A model generated the notes under the pieces. The model saw only the letters and a program-made list of their open reading frames with translations, did not search any database and had not been told where the DNA came from. From Klebsiella phage NU-KP11: 64,000 nucleotides of DNA. Location of the stretch: sequence record OR644643.1; one strand, 5' to 3'. Below, piece after piece: positions 1 through 8,922 of the stretch. The first letter of the stretch is position 1. The number at the start of each line of letters is the position of its first letter. Made by a program: the position numbers and the translations under genes.

Positions 1-36
1 GGGCTTTGTTATATTACACACATCGAAACGAAACAG
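1..36 (+). promoter_or_regulatory. Early promoter (5'-truncated by window edge): -10 TATATT at 10-15, conserved leader CATCGAAACGAAACAG at 21-36
   Basis: Same TATATTACACACATCGAAACGAAAC module recurs at least 6 more times upstream of small + strand ORFs. Confidence 0.6.
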
Positions 37-51
37 AGAAAGGAAAACACC

Positions 52-252
52 ATGAACATGAACAAAAATATTGCCGCTGTAGTTGGTTGTGAAGTTTCTA
101 ACGCAGAACGCTATGATAACGGTTTCTCTTTCTGTGTTCCGACTGAACTCGACGCGTACAAAGCCGCTTACAAATACCGCACAATGCATAAGGTAAACGT
201 TACTTACGCGCCTAACATCGAAATGTGGTTGGTTCAGGTTTACAAAGCATGA
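52..252 (+). CDS. hypothetical early protein (66 aa)
   Basis: ORF directly downstream of promoter/leader, SD AAGGA 7 nt before ATG. Confidence 0.6.
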   Translation: MNMNKNIAAVVGCEVSNAERYDNGFSFCVPTELDAYKAAYKYRTMHKVNVTYAPNIEMWLVQVYKA

Positions 253-443
253 ATTTCCACGAACGCAAGGCCGCACGAACTGATTATTATATGCGGTTCG
301 TGTATGGCTGGAAATTAAGGAAATGTGTTGCATGTAACGGATCGGGGCGGTATGATAGCAACCGTTCCCCCAAATGCAGTAGCTGTAATGGGTCTGGTAA
401 AGAATTTTATAAAAGTGAGGTTTCTAATGAGCGTATCAAATGA
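249..443 (+). CDS. small Cys-rich protein with two DnaJ-type zinc-finger repeats (CxxCxGxG x2)
   Basis: ATGA overlap with upstream stop; motifs CVACNGSG and CSSCNGSG. Confidence 0.45.
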   Translation: MNFHERKAARTDYYMRFVYGWKLRKCVACNGSGRYDSNRSPKCSSCNGSGKEFYKSEVSNERIK

Positions 444-825
444 ACTGACTAACTATTTCAATATTCGTTATACCTCTGGTATTGATGACTGGGCTAGGGA
501 TGACGAAATGACCATTAATCATGCATGTGCAGTTCATATGAAACGCTTGCATGAGCAAGGGAAATTGAAAGACCTTAACCTTTACGGCGACATCGGATCC
601 GGTTACTGCTATTCATTCTCTATCAATGATAAAGAGCGCATGACCGTTACTCTCACCAACTTAGTTATTCATGAACCTGGTAATGTCGTTGCCTGGGGGA
701 TCCAGAACGGGCGATATACTGAAAATCACAGCATGAAATTGGCGCTGATGAATCATAAGTTGTTTGGTGGTTGCGTTCCTGATATCTTTACTAACGCACT
801 TCTGCGTATTTTGAAATCTATGTGA
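427..825 (+). CDS. hypothetical protein (~132 aa; track ORF 325..825 trimmed to ATG with SD GTGAGG)
   Basis: ORF track; SD GTGAGG upstream of internal ATG. Confidence 0.45.
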   Translation: MSVSNELTNYFNIRYTSGIDDWARDDEMTINHACAVHMKRLHEQGKLKDLNLYGDIGSGYCYSFSINDKERMTVTLTNLVIHEPGNVVAWGIQNGRYTENHSMKLALMNHKLFGGCVPDIFTNALLRILKSM

Positions 826-832
826 GGCATAT

Positions 833-1408
833 ATGAGTGATGAAATTGTATTTGATGATGCAACATTAAACAAGTTGCATAGTGTCGCCAGCGGAACCTG
901 TACAGCCATGCGGGATAAATGGGCGGCTACAATCACCGATGATAACAAGATCGGGGTTGTTGATGAAATGGGCCGCACGTTTACGGTTACGTATAATTCG
1001 TCTTGGTCTGCTGCTGACAACCAAACAAAATCCAATTGCTTGATGAAATTCATCGACATGATGGATCCACACATGATCAAAAAGCTGGTTGAAGAGATCC
1101 GCCGCCTTAATAAATTTGAAGCGGAATCGAACCACTGGAAAGCAAATCATGCTTGTGAGGTTGAACGTGCTCGCGTACTCAAAGAGCGCCCTGATATGCC
1201 CTTAGAGCGCATCAAAGCATATGACCGTATGGTTGAGTTGGAAGAAGAAAATAAACGCTTACGTGCGCGTATGGAAGTTCTCATGAGTGCGGAAATGATG
1301 CAAAATAACCTAAACATGTTCAGCGCTATGTTGCATTCTATCCAAAGCGATACTAACCAAACAAAAAAATTGTTGTGTGACCGCTTCAACGTACAAGGAT
1401 ATTATTAA
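833..1408 (+). CDS. hypothetical protein (191 aa), coiled-coil C-terminal half
   Basis: ORF track; SD GAGG before ATG. Confidence 0.55.
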   Translation: MSDEIVFDDATLNKLHSVASGTCTAMRDKWAATITDDNKIGVVDEMGRTFTVTYNSSWSAADNQTKSNCLMKFIDMMDPHMIKKLVEEIRRLNKFEAESNHWKANHACEVERARVLKERPDMPLERIKAYDRMVELEEENKRLRARMEVLMSAEMMQNNLNMFSAMLHSIQSDTNQTKKLLCDRFNVQGYY

Positions 1409-1668
1409 TGTCATGGTTCAAAAAACGAGAGTGTAGGCATGAAGCTACTGGCTATCGAGGTGCAAAACCTTACATATTCCAGAAATATAGTCAGGTAGAT
1501 GGGATCGGGCGCATCCATTTACATTTATACGCTCGATGTGACAAATGCGGAAAAGATTTTCCTTACGCTATGATGCACCTGGATCGGGCGCTTACCGAAT
1601 TGTGCCAGTATTCTACGATGCGTTCGGAAATTCAAAGGGTTATAGATAATACCCCAATCAAACGATAA
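1408..1668 (+). CDS. hypothetical Cys/His-containing small protein (86 aa)
   Basis: ATGtca start overlapping upstream stop (TAATG). Confidence 0.5.
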   Translation: MSWFKKRECRHEATGYRGAKPYIFQKYSQVDGIGRIHLHLYARCDKCGKDFPYAMMHLDRALTELCQYSTMRSEIQRVIDNTPIKR

Positions 1669-1684
1669 TTTTTGCAAAAACCCC

Positions 1685-1732
1685 TTGCCTATGGTGAGGG
1701 GTTTTGTTATATTGCATTCATCGAAACAAAAC
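1685..1732 (+). promoter_or_regulatory. Early promoter: -35 TTGCCT (inside terminator-like hairpin AACCCCTTGCC..GGGGTTTT), 17-nt spacer, -10 TATATT 1708-1713, leader CATCGAAACAAAACAG
   Basis: Consensus-like sigma70 elements with extended TGnTATATT; repeated module. Confidence 0.6.
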
Positions 1733-1747
1733 AGAGGAATCATGAAA

Positions 1748-2079
1748 TGACTATTAAAACGAGAAGTGTTGAGGTTCAGAATTTATATGCAGTTCGCACA
1801 ATCCTGGCTGTTTTGATGGGAATCTCTACCGGAAAATCTTCTTATATTGATAGTTTCATATTCTCTCTGTACAACGGGAAAACTCGTTGGGATGGTGATG
1901 TTAGTTGGACTGAACATTTTTGCGACCAGTTGAATGAGATCGCAAACGAAATCAGAAACGGGAAATACTGGAAAACTGGGATCTTCTTTACTCTGATTGC
2001 AGCGGAAGATGTTAAGTTTTGGGATGCGATAGGGGTTCCGATGAAAACATGGAAAAATATTGAACTCGAAGCAAAATAA
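1748..2079 (+). CDS. hypothetical protein (110 aa)
   Basis: First ATG after leader (preceding ATGAAATGA is a 2-codon stub); track ORF 1672..2079 trimmed. Confidence 0.5.
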
Positions 2080-2083
2080 ATGT

Positions 2084-2131
2084 TGCATTAAATCCTGGTT
2101 GTGGTATATTACACACATAGAAACGAAACAG
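2084..2131 (+). promoter_or_regulatory. Early promoter: -35 TTGCAT, -10 TATATT 2105-2110, leader CATAGAAACGAAACAG
   Basis: Repeated module. Confidence 0.55.
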
Positions 2132-2147
2132 ACAAAAGGAAATCATC

Positions 2148-2426
2148 ATGAAACTTGTTCGCGAATCAATCAAACTGGGTAACGAATACAACGGTAAATG
2201 GTACTTTGTCATTTACGACGACAACGCCGAAAAACTGGAAAAAGTTGAAGATGCATTACGTGCTATGGAAACTGGTGCTTCTGTTGGTGGTGAAGTGATG
2301 ACCTGGGAAAACTACTGCGACGGTTGCCCTTGCTATAGTGATGGTTTCGGATCTGGTTTCTGGATTGATATTGAAGATGTTCCGGCGTTCAAAGCCTCCT
2401 GGAAAATCGCTAAGAAAATGGCATAA
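2148..2426 (+). CDS. hypothetical protein (92 aa)
   Basis: ORF after leader, SD AAGGAAA. Confidence 0.6.
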   Translation: MKLVRESIKLGNEYNGKWYFVIYDDNAEKLEKVEDALRAMETGASVGGEVMTWENYCDGCPCYSDGFGSGFWIDIEDVPAFKASWKIAKKMA

Positions 2427-2461
2427 TTAGCACGAATTGCTAAAACTCGATAACCCTGTTC

Positions 2462-2495
2462 TGTTATATTACACACATCGAAACGAAGGAGGATA
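2462..2495 (+). promoter_or_regulatory. Early promoter, extended -10 (cTGtTATATT 2465-2470), leader CATCGAAACGAAGGAGG
   Basis: Repeated module; no good -35. Confidence 0.5.
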
Positions 2496-2497
2496 TC

Positions 2498-2749
2498 ATG
2501 GAAATCATCTACAAAAGCCGGAACTACAAAAAAGAAGATGTTGCAGCAGTTTACATCAAGTACCGGAACGTGAAATGTGAGTACAGCGGGATCTGGGGTT
2601 ACGAAATCGTTGTTGAAGAAGTCAACGCCGACAACAAAACCATTTGCAGTTTCACGGTAAACTCGGATAGTTCTCTGTTCACTACAGAACAGCTTGAAAA
2701 AGCGTATGATCTCCGGAACCAGGCTTTTAACGCGGTACGTATAAAATGA
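2498..2749 (+). CDS. hypothetical protein (83 aa)
   Basis: ORF track; SD GGAGG. Confidence 0.6.
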   Translation: MEIIYKSRNYKKEDVAAVYIKYRNVKCEYSGIWGYEIVVEEVNADNKTICSFTVNSDSSLFTTEQLEKAYDLRNQAFNAVRIK

Positions 2750-2895
2750 ACAAATTCGAACCCTATATGAAATGGCTACGTAATGTTAGCGCCCACTTAG
2801 GGCGCGATATTAAACCCAGCGCACTAGCTCGCGAACTGTACGAACTTGATGCGGATCCGGAAGATGCTGCAACCGACTACGGGAGATTCCTATGA
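2746..2895 (+). CDS. hypothetical small protein (49 aa, not in ORF track)
   Basis: ATGA-coupled to upstream gene; ends ...DADPEDAATDYGRFL. Confidence 0.35.
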   Translation: MNKFEPYMKWLRNVSAHLGRDIKPSALARELYELDADPEDAATDYGRFL

Positions 2896-3089
2896 ACATG
2901 TACGAAATGCTTAAATCAGAAAACAGCGAAACCCAGGGCGAAAAAGATTACAACAAATGGAAACGCTCTGTTCAACATATGCTGGGTTCTTCTGATTATG
3001 ACGAAGATCTGATGTATGCTCTTTACTCGGACGGTTGCACCCCAGAAGATGCAGTGTGTGAATACTACGCACAAGGGGACGAAGAATGA
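2892..3089 (+). CDS. hypothetical small acidic protein (65 aa) with SDGCTPEDA motif
   Basis: ATGA coupling; paralog of next ORF. Confidence 0.45.
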   Translation: MNMYEMLKSENSETQGEKDYNKWKRSVQHMLGSSDYDEDLMYALYSDGCTPEDAVCEYYAQGDEE

Positions 3090-3256
3090 GAGATCAACCA
3101 TTCAGCAAAAAATATCGTTTGTGGGCTGAACATGTTCGAAGTTTACTATCTCCTTTGAATATTTCATACAACGACCATCACTGTACTTTCTTTGGATTTT
3201 TCTCTGACGGTATGACGCCAGAAGAAGCAATAAAATTCTTCATGGAATACAAATAA
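3086..3256 (+). CDS. hypothetical small protein (56 aa, not in track) with SDGMTPEEA motif
   Basis: ATGA coupling; shares SDGxTPE(D/E)A motif with 2892..3089. Confidence 0.4.
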   Translation: MRDQPFSKKYRLWAEHVRSLLSPLNISYNDHHCTFFGFFSDGMTPEEAIKFFMEYK

Positions 3257-3257
3257 C

Positions 3258-3318
3258 TCTTGCGCTGGGTGTAGGATGATGTTATCTTACACCCATACCG
3301 AAACGAAACGGGGATAAA
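3258..3318 (+). promoter_or_regulatory. Early promoter (TGtTATCTT -10 at 3283-3288, leader CATACCGAAACGAAACGG)
   Basis: Repeated module. Confidence 0.5.
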
Positions 3319-3320
3319 AA

Positions 3321-3584
3321 ATGGACATGTTGACTTTTGAACAGTACAAAGCACAGCGCGATCAGTACCAAAAATGGATTGATGAGATCGGCGCAGAGTT
3401 AAGAGCATATCCTAAAAATGAAATGGGTATGACTATTGAATCGATCCGTATGTCTCCGGCATACAAAGAAAAGAAAAATCTTTTCAATCGTGTATTTTCA
3501 AATCTCCGTGCCTTGAACGGCGAATACATCAAGGTGTACAAAAAAGAACTGGCTGACGAACGCAAACAACGGTGGGTAAAATGA
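3321..3584 (+). CDS. hypothetical protein (87 aa)
   Basis: ORF after leader. Confidence 0.55.
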   Translation: MDMLTFEQYKAQRDQYQKWIDEIGAELRAYPKNEMGMTIESIRMSPAYKEKKNLFNRVFSNLRALNGEYIKVYKKELADERKQRWVK

Positions 3585-3787
3585 TGGAACACGTAATCAA
3601 AACAGAGATTGACAAACGCGTATTTTTGGAAAAGAATAAAACGGTAACGCTGTTGAACTACTCCACTGAAAATTGTTCTAGTGAATTTTGGCGCGTTAAC
3701 ATCGATAGCAAAGGGCAACACCAATCAATACCGTTTGATAATGAAAGTCTCGCTCGCGCTGTCTTCCAATCCCATGTTAGATTTTGA
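3581..3787 (+). CDS. hypothetical protein (68 aa)
   Basis: ATGA coupling to upstream stop. Confidence 0.4.
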   Translation: MMEHVIKTEIDKRVFLEKNKTVTLLNYSTENCSSEFWRVNIDSKGQHQSIPFDNESLARAVFQSHVRF

Positions 3788-3798
3788 GAATTATATTA

Positions 3799-4943
3799 TG
3801 AATAACGCACAAACTGTTCTGAAAGCTCCTACCCTGTTCATCTATCAAGATGGTGATATCCGTTACGCTCGCTCTAAGTGGTATAACTACAATTTCAACG
3901 TTAAAACTGGTGAGTTTGCTCGCTGGGGAACATCGTTTGAAACTGATCCTACCTATGCCCCATTCCCCGAAATTCTCGATATCGAGATCACAACTAAATG
4001 TAATGGCCCCGCTGGTAAACTTTGCGGTTTCTGCTACAAGTCTAATAACCCTAACGGCTTCAATATGGATCTTGATACATTCAAATCTATCATTGATAAA
4101 ATGCCCTGGTTAACACAATGCGCCCTCGGTGCTGATGCACAGGGACAAACAAACCCTGATATGTTTGATATGATGGCCTATGCGCGTTCTAAAGGCATTG
4201 TACCAAACCTTACCATTGCTGATGTATCAAAAGACGTTGCAGCGCGTTTAGCGGCTGTTGCTGGGGCTGTTGCGGTATCAGTATACAAACATGCTGGATT
4301 CGATGTAGCGTTTAACTCAGTGGCTAATCTGGCAGAAGCCGGACAACAGCAAATCAACCTTCATTTCATGGTTAGCTCTAAAACCTATGATGACGCGTTT
4401 AACGTGGTTGATGCTGTAAAGAATGATCCGCGCTTGAAACAAGTTAACGCGATCGTATTCCTGGGTCTGAAACAAAAAGGTCGTGGGAAGAACTGGGATA
4501 CCGTTACACGCGAGCAGTATAAAGCGCTGGTAGATTATTGCCTTGAATCCGGTGTAGGGTTCGGTTTTGATTCCTGTTCCGCTCCGGCCTTTGTAGAGGC
4601 TATGGAAGGGCATGAAAATTTTGAACAATACAAACAGTACGCGGAAGATTGCGAAGCAACTATGTTTAGCTCGTACATCAACGAGAAGGGCGAATTCTTC
4701 CCTTGTTCCTTTACTGAACGTTGGGTCGAGGGTGGATGGTCAGAAGGGCTTAACGTCCTGGAAGCCAGTGATTTTATCAAAGATATCTGGGAACATCCGA
4801 AAACTAAGAAATTCCGTCAGGAATTGATCGGTAACAAGGATCATAACGGTTGCCGTAACTGTCCGGCTTATGCGGTATGTGGTAAAGATATGCGCGTACA
4901 CAAAGCCCCTGAATTGGATGTATACTCGGTGGAATTGAAATGA
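3799..4943 (+). CDS. radical-SAM/SPASM-like protein with non-canonical Cx7CxxC cluster (ITTKCNGPAGKLCGFCY) and C-terminal CxxCx5C (CRNCPAYAVC)
   Basis: Motif layout read in translation; track ORF 3681..4943 trimmed to MNNAQTVL start. Confidence 0.4.
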
Positions 4944-5290
4944 ACCCAATTAATCCTTTAGTGGTTGACATTCCCGAAAAACCGCGTACACTGGAATCGT
5001 TGATCGAGAAGTATGAATATTCTCTGGCTACTCCGGCAACAGCAGAAATGGCAATGGCGGAAAGGCAAAGCATTATCTATGAATGTGATGCGAAGGGTTT
5101 CCATACCGATGAAGATATGGCGATGATTGATTATCTATGGAAAGTTCGCGGCGCGGTAGTCGATTTGATTCTTTCAAACCAACTGATGCAAAACGAAACA
5201 CGCCGCATACAAGACCGTATACGCTCTCAGTTGTATGGTATGAGCACAGAACAGAAGGAAAGAATGTATGAAATGCACAGCCGCCGTTGA
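4940..5290 (+). CDS. hypothetical protein (116 aa)
   Basis: ATGA coupling. Confidence 0.5.
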   Translation: MNPINPLVVDIPEKPRTLESLIEKYEYSLATPATAEMAMAERQSIIYECDAKGFHTDEDMAMIDYLWKVRGAVVDLILSNQLMQNETRRIQDRIRSQLYGMSTEQKERMYEMHSRR

Positions 5291-5621
5291 TGAATTGATG
5301 AGTCACTACTACAAACGCAAAGAAGATTCTCGTATCAAAGAATCAAAGTCAATAGAAATTATTGAACGATATGCTATGAAGTTAAGCGAGCAAGAATTCA
5401 CGCCAAAGGCGATCAATAGTCTGATGATCCTAAAACTTTTGATTGCTTCCGGTGATGATATGCCGTATGATGTAGATAGTGCAGAGGGATTCCAAAAGGC
5501 GTATCGTTCATGGGGAGTGATTTACTCCCGCTCACTTGGTTCTTATGACTCTGTTATGTGGAACCTGATGCACCTTGATAAGCTGATCTGGGAAGTGCTT
5601 GAAGAAGAGGGATTTGTATGA
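5268..5621 (+). CDS. hypothetical protein (117 aa; start uncertain)
   Basis: ORF track. Confidence 0.4.
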   Translation: MKCTAAVDELMSHYYKRKEDSRIKESKSIEIIERYAMKLSEQEFTPKAINSLMILKLLIASGDDMPYDVDSAEGFQKAYRSWGVIYSRSLGSYDSVMWNLMHLDKLIWEVLEEEGFV

Positions 5622-5793
5622 TTTTTACACATACCGGAATGGTTGAAACGATAACAGCAGGTAAGAAGCGTATACCCTTGATGAAATCGGGGAAATACTG
5701 GAAGAGTGAAGAACATAAGTTTGATCATAATGGTAACTCATTTGGTTCTTCTTATGCTAAACTATACCTGAAAACCATTAAACCAATTTAAAG
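5620..5793 (+). CDS. hypothetical small protein (57 aa, not in track)
   Basis: GTATGA coupling with upstream stop. Confidence 0.3.
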
Positions 5794-5804
5794 GAACTGA
5801 TCTC

Positions 5805-6059
5805 ATGTTTGAACAATCTTTTGATGAAATGAAAGCCTCTGTTTTTGTTGGAAATACCGAAGCTGGAATGGCGTTTAGATATGGGATCGCAACAATAAAT
5901 CCAGGTTACAATGAAATCACAAGCAACGATGCATTAGAACTTATTCGTAAAATGGATCGTTTGCAAGTAAACGTACCTAAGCGCCTCCATAAAAAGTGGC
6001 AAGCGTTGAGGGGTTCTTTTGTTATGGCATTTGGGCCTGATATGCTGGAAAGACTTTAA
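5805..6059 (+). CDS. hypothetical protein (84 aa)
   Basis: ORF track. Confidence 0.5.
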   Translation: MFEQSFDEMKASVFVGNTEAGMAFRYGIATINPGYNEITSNDALELIRKMDRLQVNVPKRLHKKWQALRGSFVMAFGPDMLERL

Positions 6060-6068
6060 GGAAACTCT

Positions 6069-6500
6069 ATGTTAACTAATGAACTTAGCGGGGCTATTCG
6101 TACCATTGAAGGGATCCTTCATGATTTGCGTATGGGTAACGAAATTTGTGTAAGCGACATTGAAGCAAATCTGGTTGAATGGCGCGGCGCTCTGTATGGG
6201 GCAACACAAGGAAAAGATCCGTTGTTTACGGAATATGATATGTATACAGTAACCATTGACAATAAAACTTATCGTTTTCAGTGGCCTGATGATGCATACG
6301 ATCATATCAAAACATTTTACAGTACTGGAGGTGCTCTTTTTGCTACCAGTATTGGTGTTAACGAATTGCCTTTTCATCCTGATGGATTGAGACCTTCCGA
6401 TCATTTAGGATGTACAACTGTGTTACTGGGTATGTGCGGTAACTATTCTGATCCCGTGTACTGGATTGAAGCCAGTAAAACCAACTTAAAAAGAGTTTAA
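6069..6500 (+). CDS. hypothetical protein (143 aa)
   Basis: ORF track. Confidence 0.55.
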   Translation: MLTNELSGAIRTIEGILHDLRMGNEICVSDIEANLVEWRGALYGATQGKDPLFTEYDMYTVTIDNKTYRFQWPDDAYDHIKTFYSTGGALFATSIGVNELPFHPDGLRPSDHLGCTTVLLGMCGNYSDPVYWIEASKTNLKRV

Positions 6501-6501
6501 C

Positions 6502-6762
6502 ATGAAATATATTATTGCTTTGGTGTTAGTCGTCATTGTCGTTTTAGCACAAGCCGGATGCACCGATGAGAAAGAAGCCGAACGTATTCTGACTGCTAAC
6601 GGGTTTACCGATATCACGTACACAGGCCACGCCTGGTTTGCATGTGATGAGAAAGACACCTACGCAACAGGGTTCGTTGCTAAAAGCCCTACAGGGGTGA
6701 AAATTGAAGGTGCTGTGTGCTCTGGACTATTTTTCAAAAATAGCACAATTCGCTTCAAATAA
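6502..6762 (+). CDS. putative lipoprotein (signal peptide + lipobox LAQAGC)
   Basis: N-terminal hydrophobic h-region followed by A-G-C. Confidence 0.55.
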   Translation: MKYIIALVLVVIVVLAQAGCTDEKEAERILTANGFTDITYTGHAWFACDEKDTYATGFVAKSPTGVKIEGAVCSGLFFKNSTIRFK

Positions 6763-6765
6763 GTG

Positions 6766-6826
6766 TTGACGTAGATACGGGGTTATGAGACTATAGCCCT
6801 GTCGAAACGAAACGCACTTTAGGAGA
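6766..6826 (+). promoter_or_regulatory. Early promoter: -35 TTGACG, -10 region ACTATAG, leader GTCGAAACGAAACGC
   Basis: Repeated module. Confidence 0.5.
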
Positions 6827-6831
6827 GAAAA

Positions 6832-7095
6832 ATGGACATCATGAACGAAATCTTAGCTCACATCGAAGCCAACAAAGAAGCAATGAAAGCTAAAGAAGGT
6901 TGGGTTGTTGTTGACGATTGCTTCAATCCTAATATCTGGACTCCGGTTTTCATCGATGAGAACGGTAACGAAGCCCACGGGTTCTATGATGCTGCAATCT
7001 TCGATACTGCCGAAGAAGCATGTGATTTCTGGGCCTACGTTAGCGGTGATGCTCCATTTACAAAATACGGTGTGTGCCGTTGCTGTGAACTTTAA
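6832..7095 (+). CDS. hypothetical acidic protein (87 aa)
   Basis: ORF track. Confidence 0.6.
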   Translation: MDIMNEILAHIEANKEAMKAKEGWVVVDDCFNPNIWTPVFIDENGNEAHGFYDAAIFDTAEEACDFWAYVSGDAPFTKYGVCRCCEL

Positions 7096-7101
7096 TTAAC
7101 T

Positions 7102-7126
7102 AGCCCCGAAAGGGGCTTTTTTGTAG
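7102..7126 (+). terminator. Rho-independent terminator AGCCCCGAAAGGGGCT + T6
   Basis: GC hairpin with GAAA loop followed by T-run. Confidence 0.75.
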
Positions 7127-7134
7127 GTAAAATT

Positions 7135-7458
7135 ATGATTACGAAAGCACAAAGGATCATTAACCATTTAGAAACAGGGTTCCCGTACCAGGGAGATTTA
7201 ACCCGCGATATTATTGATATCCTTTCTGAACACGACGGCATGAAGGCCGAAATCGAAGAACTGTTACATCCTGATGCTAACGTGTTTGCTTCATTGATGA
7301 GCGATGTAGTGAACATTGACGCCGATGAACTTGGATGCATTGAAACAACAAATGATGGTGATAAAACCATACTGAAACAGGCGTGTGAACGGATAGACAA
7401 CCTTCACGATCGTTTGTTCACTTTAACTTTTCCGTCAAAAAACGATAAACCTTGTTGA
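7135..7458 (+). CDS. hypothetical protein (107 aa)
   Basis: ORF track; start MIT... Confidence 0.55.
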   Translation: MITKAQRIINHLETGFPYQGDLTRDIIDILSEHDGMKAEIEELLHPDANVFASLMSDVVNIDADELGCIETTNDGDKTILKQACERIDNLHDRLFTLTFPSKNDKPC

Positions 7459-7512
7459 CATCCAGAAAATAAACCAGTAGTCTGTAGTTACACCAATTGA
7501 GAGGAATATATT

Positions 7513-7914
7513 ATGAAAAGTGCTTTTGAAAAACGTGCTGTTAAGAAAGATGTCAAACCAGGCGCGATCATGTATGAAGTATTTTGTGTGAATGGCGAAA
7601 AGGCGGAAATGGGTAACAAGATTATTGTTACTGGTTTCCCTTATATGAATCGCGGTATCGGGCTGTTTGCAAAATGCATCACCCTGTACAAAGACTGGGA
7701 CTGTCACACAGAATTCTCTCTTGATGACCGTAGTATGAATGGGCGCAACGGATATAACTTCCATGCATTCTTTCTAACAAAAGAGGATGCACAGGCTTAT
7801 ATTGATGAAGTCAATGAAGATCGTCTCCCTTCTGATATGAAAGAGAGAAAAGAAGAACAGATGAAACGTAAACGTGAATTTGAAGAATGCTTCGGTGATC
7901 TTTACGATTATTAA
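7513..7914 (+). CDS. hypothetical protein (133 aa)
   Basis: Leader AATTGAGAGGAATATATTATG. Confidence 0.55.
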   Translation: MKSAFEKRAVKKDVKPGAIMYEVFCVNGEKAEMGNKIIVTGFPYMNRGIGLFAKCITLYKDWDCHTEFSLDDRSMNGRNGYNFHAFFLTKEDAQAYIDEVNEDRLPSDMKERKEEQMKRKREFEECFGDLYDY

Positions 7915-7981
7915 TTATCGAACCTCTTAAACCATAAATACCCTGTGTACCCAAACAGGGTATTTTTACAAGAGGTGATTT

Positions 7982-8377
7982 ATGTTTAAATTCAGTCAAA
8001 AAAGCCTTAACAACCTTAAAGGTGTTAAACCTCAACTGGTGAAAGTTGTAGAACGCGCTCTGCAACTATCTCCTGTTGATTTTGGTGTACGTGAAGGTCT
8101 GCGTACTGTTGAACAACAGCGCGAGAACGTCCGTAAGGGTGTATCTCAAACAATGAACTCAAAACACATCACGGGTGATGCTGTGGATCTGTATCCTAGC
8201 GTATTGCCTCAAGGCTGGCAAACAAACCCTAAAGTGTGGTTGCCTGTCCTGAATGCTGTTAAACAAGCAGGTGATGAACTGGGTGTTAAACTGCGTTTTG
8301 GTATCAACTGGAAAAATGATCCGAACCTTCCGATCGAAACAAAATTCATTGATGCCCCGCATGTGGAATTAGCGTAA
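7982..8377 (+). CDS. endolysin, L-alanyl-D-glutamate peptidase (peptidase M15, T5 Lys-like)
   Basis: Strong similarity to recalled T5 endolysin sequence (SPVDFGV..EGLRTV..SKHITGDAVDL..GHVEL). Confidence 0.8.
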   Translation: MFKFSQKSLNNLKGVKPQLVKVVERALQLSPVDFGVREGLRTVEQQRENVRKGVSQTMNSKHITGDAVDLYPSVLPQGWQTNPKVWLPVLNAVKQAGDELGVKLRFGINWKNDPNLPIETKFIDAPHVELA

Positions 8378-8408
8378 CAAAGGGGCTTTGGCCCCTTAAA
8401 GGTAAAAC

Positions 8409-8867
8409 ATGAATAGTGAATTTTATGTAAAGACAATTGAAGAATGTCGTAAGATGCATCTTATGCGAGAGTTGGAAGAACCAACGCATAATTACGGCCC
8501 TAACGATTTTATGGTATTTGAAACCAGGTTGGATCTGGGTAGAAGAACACAAAAGACTAAAGGTGCGTTTGATTTTATGAAACGTTCCCATAGTTCCCTT
8601 AACATTTACGTAGCGCATACGTTAAATGCAGCACAAGAAGCCAAACGGCTACACGGTGCTACCGGATGTGATGTATTGACCAGTAAAGGGGCCATTCTTA
8701 ATCATTTCCGTGGACGTCGAATAGAGCACCAGGCAATAAACCTTATTTTTGATGAGTGTGATCTCACACACAATGAACGCATAGACATTGTATATAATAC
8801 AATCATGCATTGTGTACAAAAGAGACACCCATTAGCATATATTCACGTAATTTCGCTGGGTATGTGA
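8409..8867 (+). CDS. hypothetical protein (152 aa)
   Basis: ORF track. Confidence 0.5.
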   Translation: MNSEFYVKTIEECRKMHLMRELEEPTHNYGPNDFMVFETRLDLGRRTQKTKGAFDFMKRSHSSLNIYVAHTLNAAQEAKRLHGATGCDVLTSKGAILNHFRGRRIEHQAINLIFDECDLTHNERIDIVYNTIMHCVQKRHPLAYIHVISLGM

Positions 8868-8922
8868 TTGCAGTACGCGGGGTACGAATCCGCGTACCCC
8901 GTAATCAAATCAGGAATTTTCT

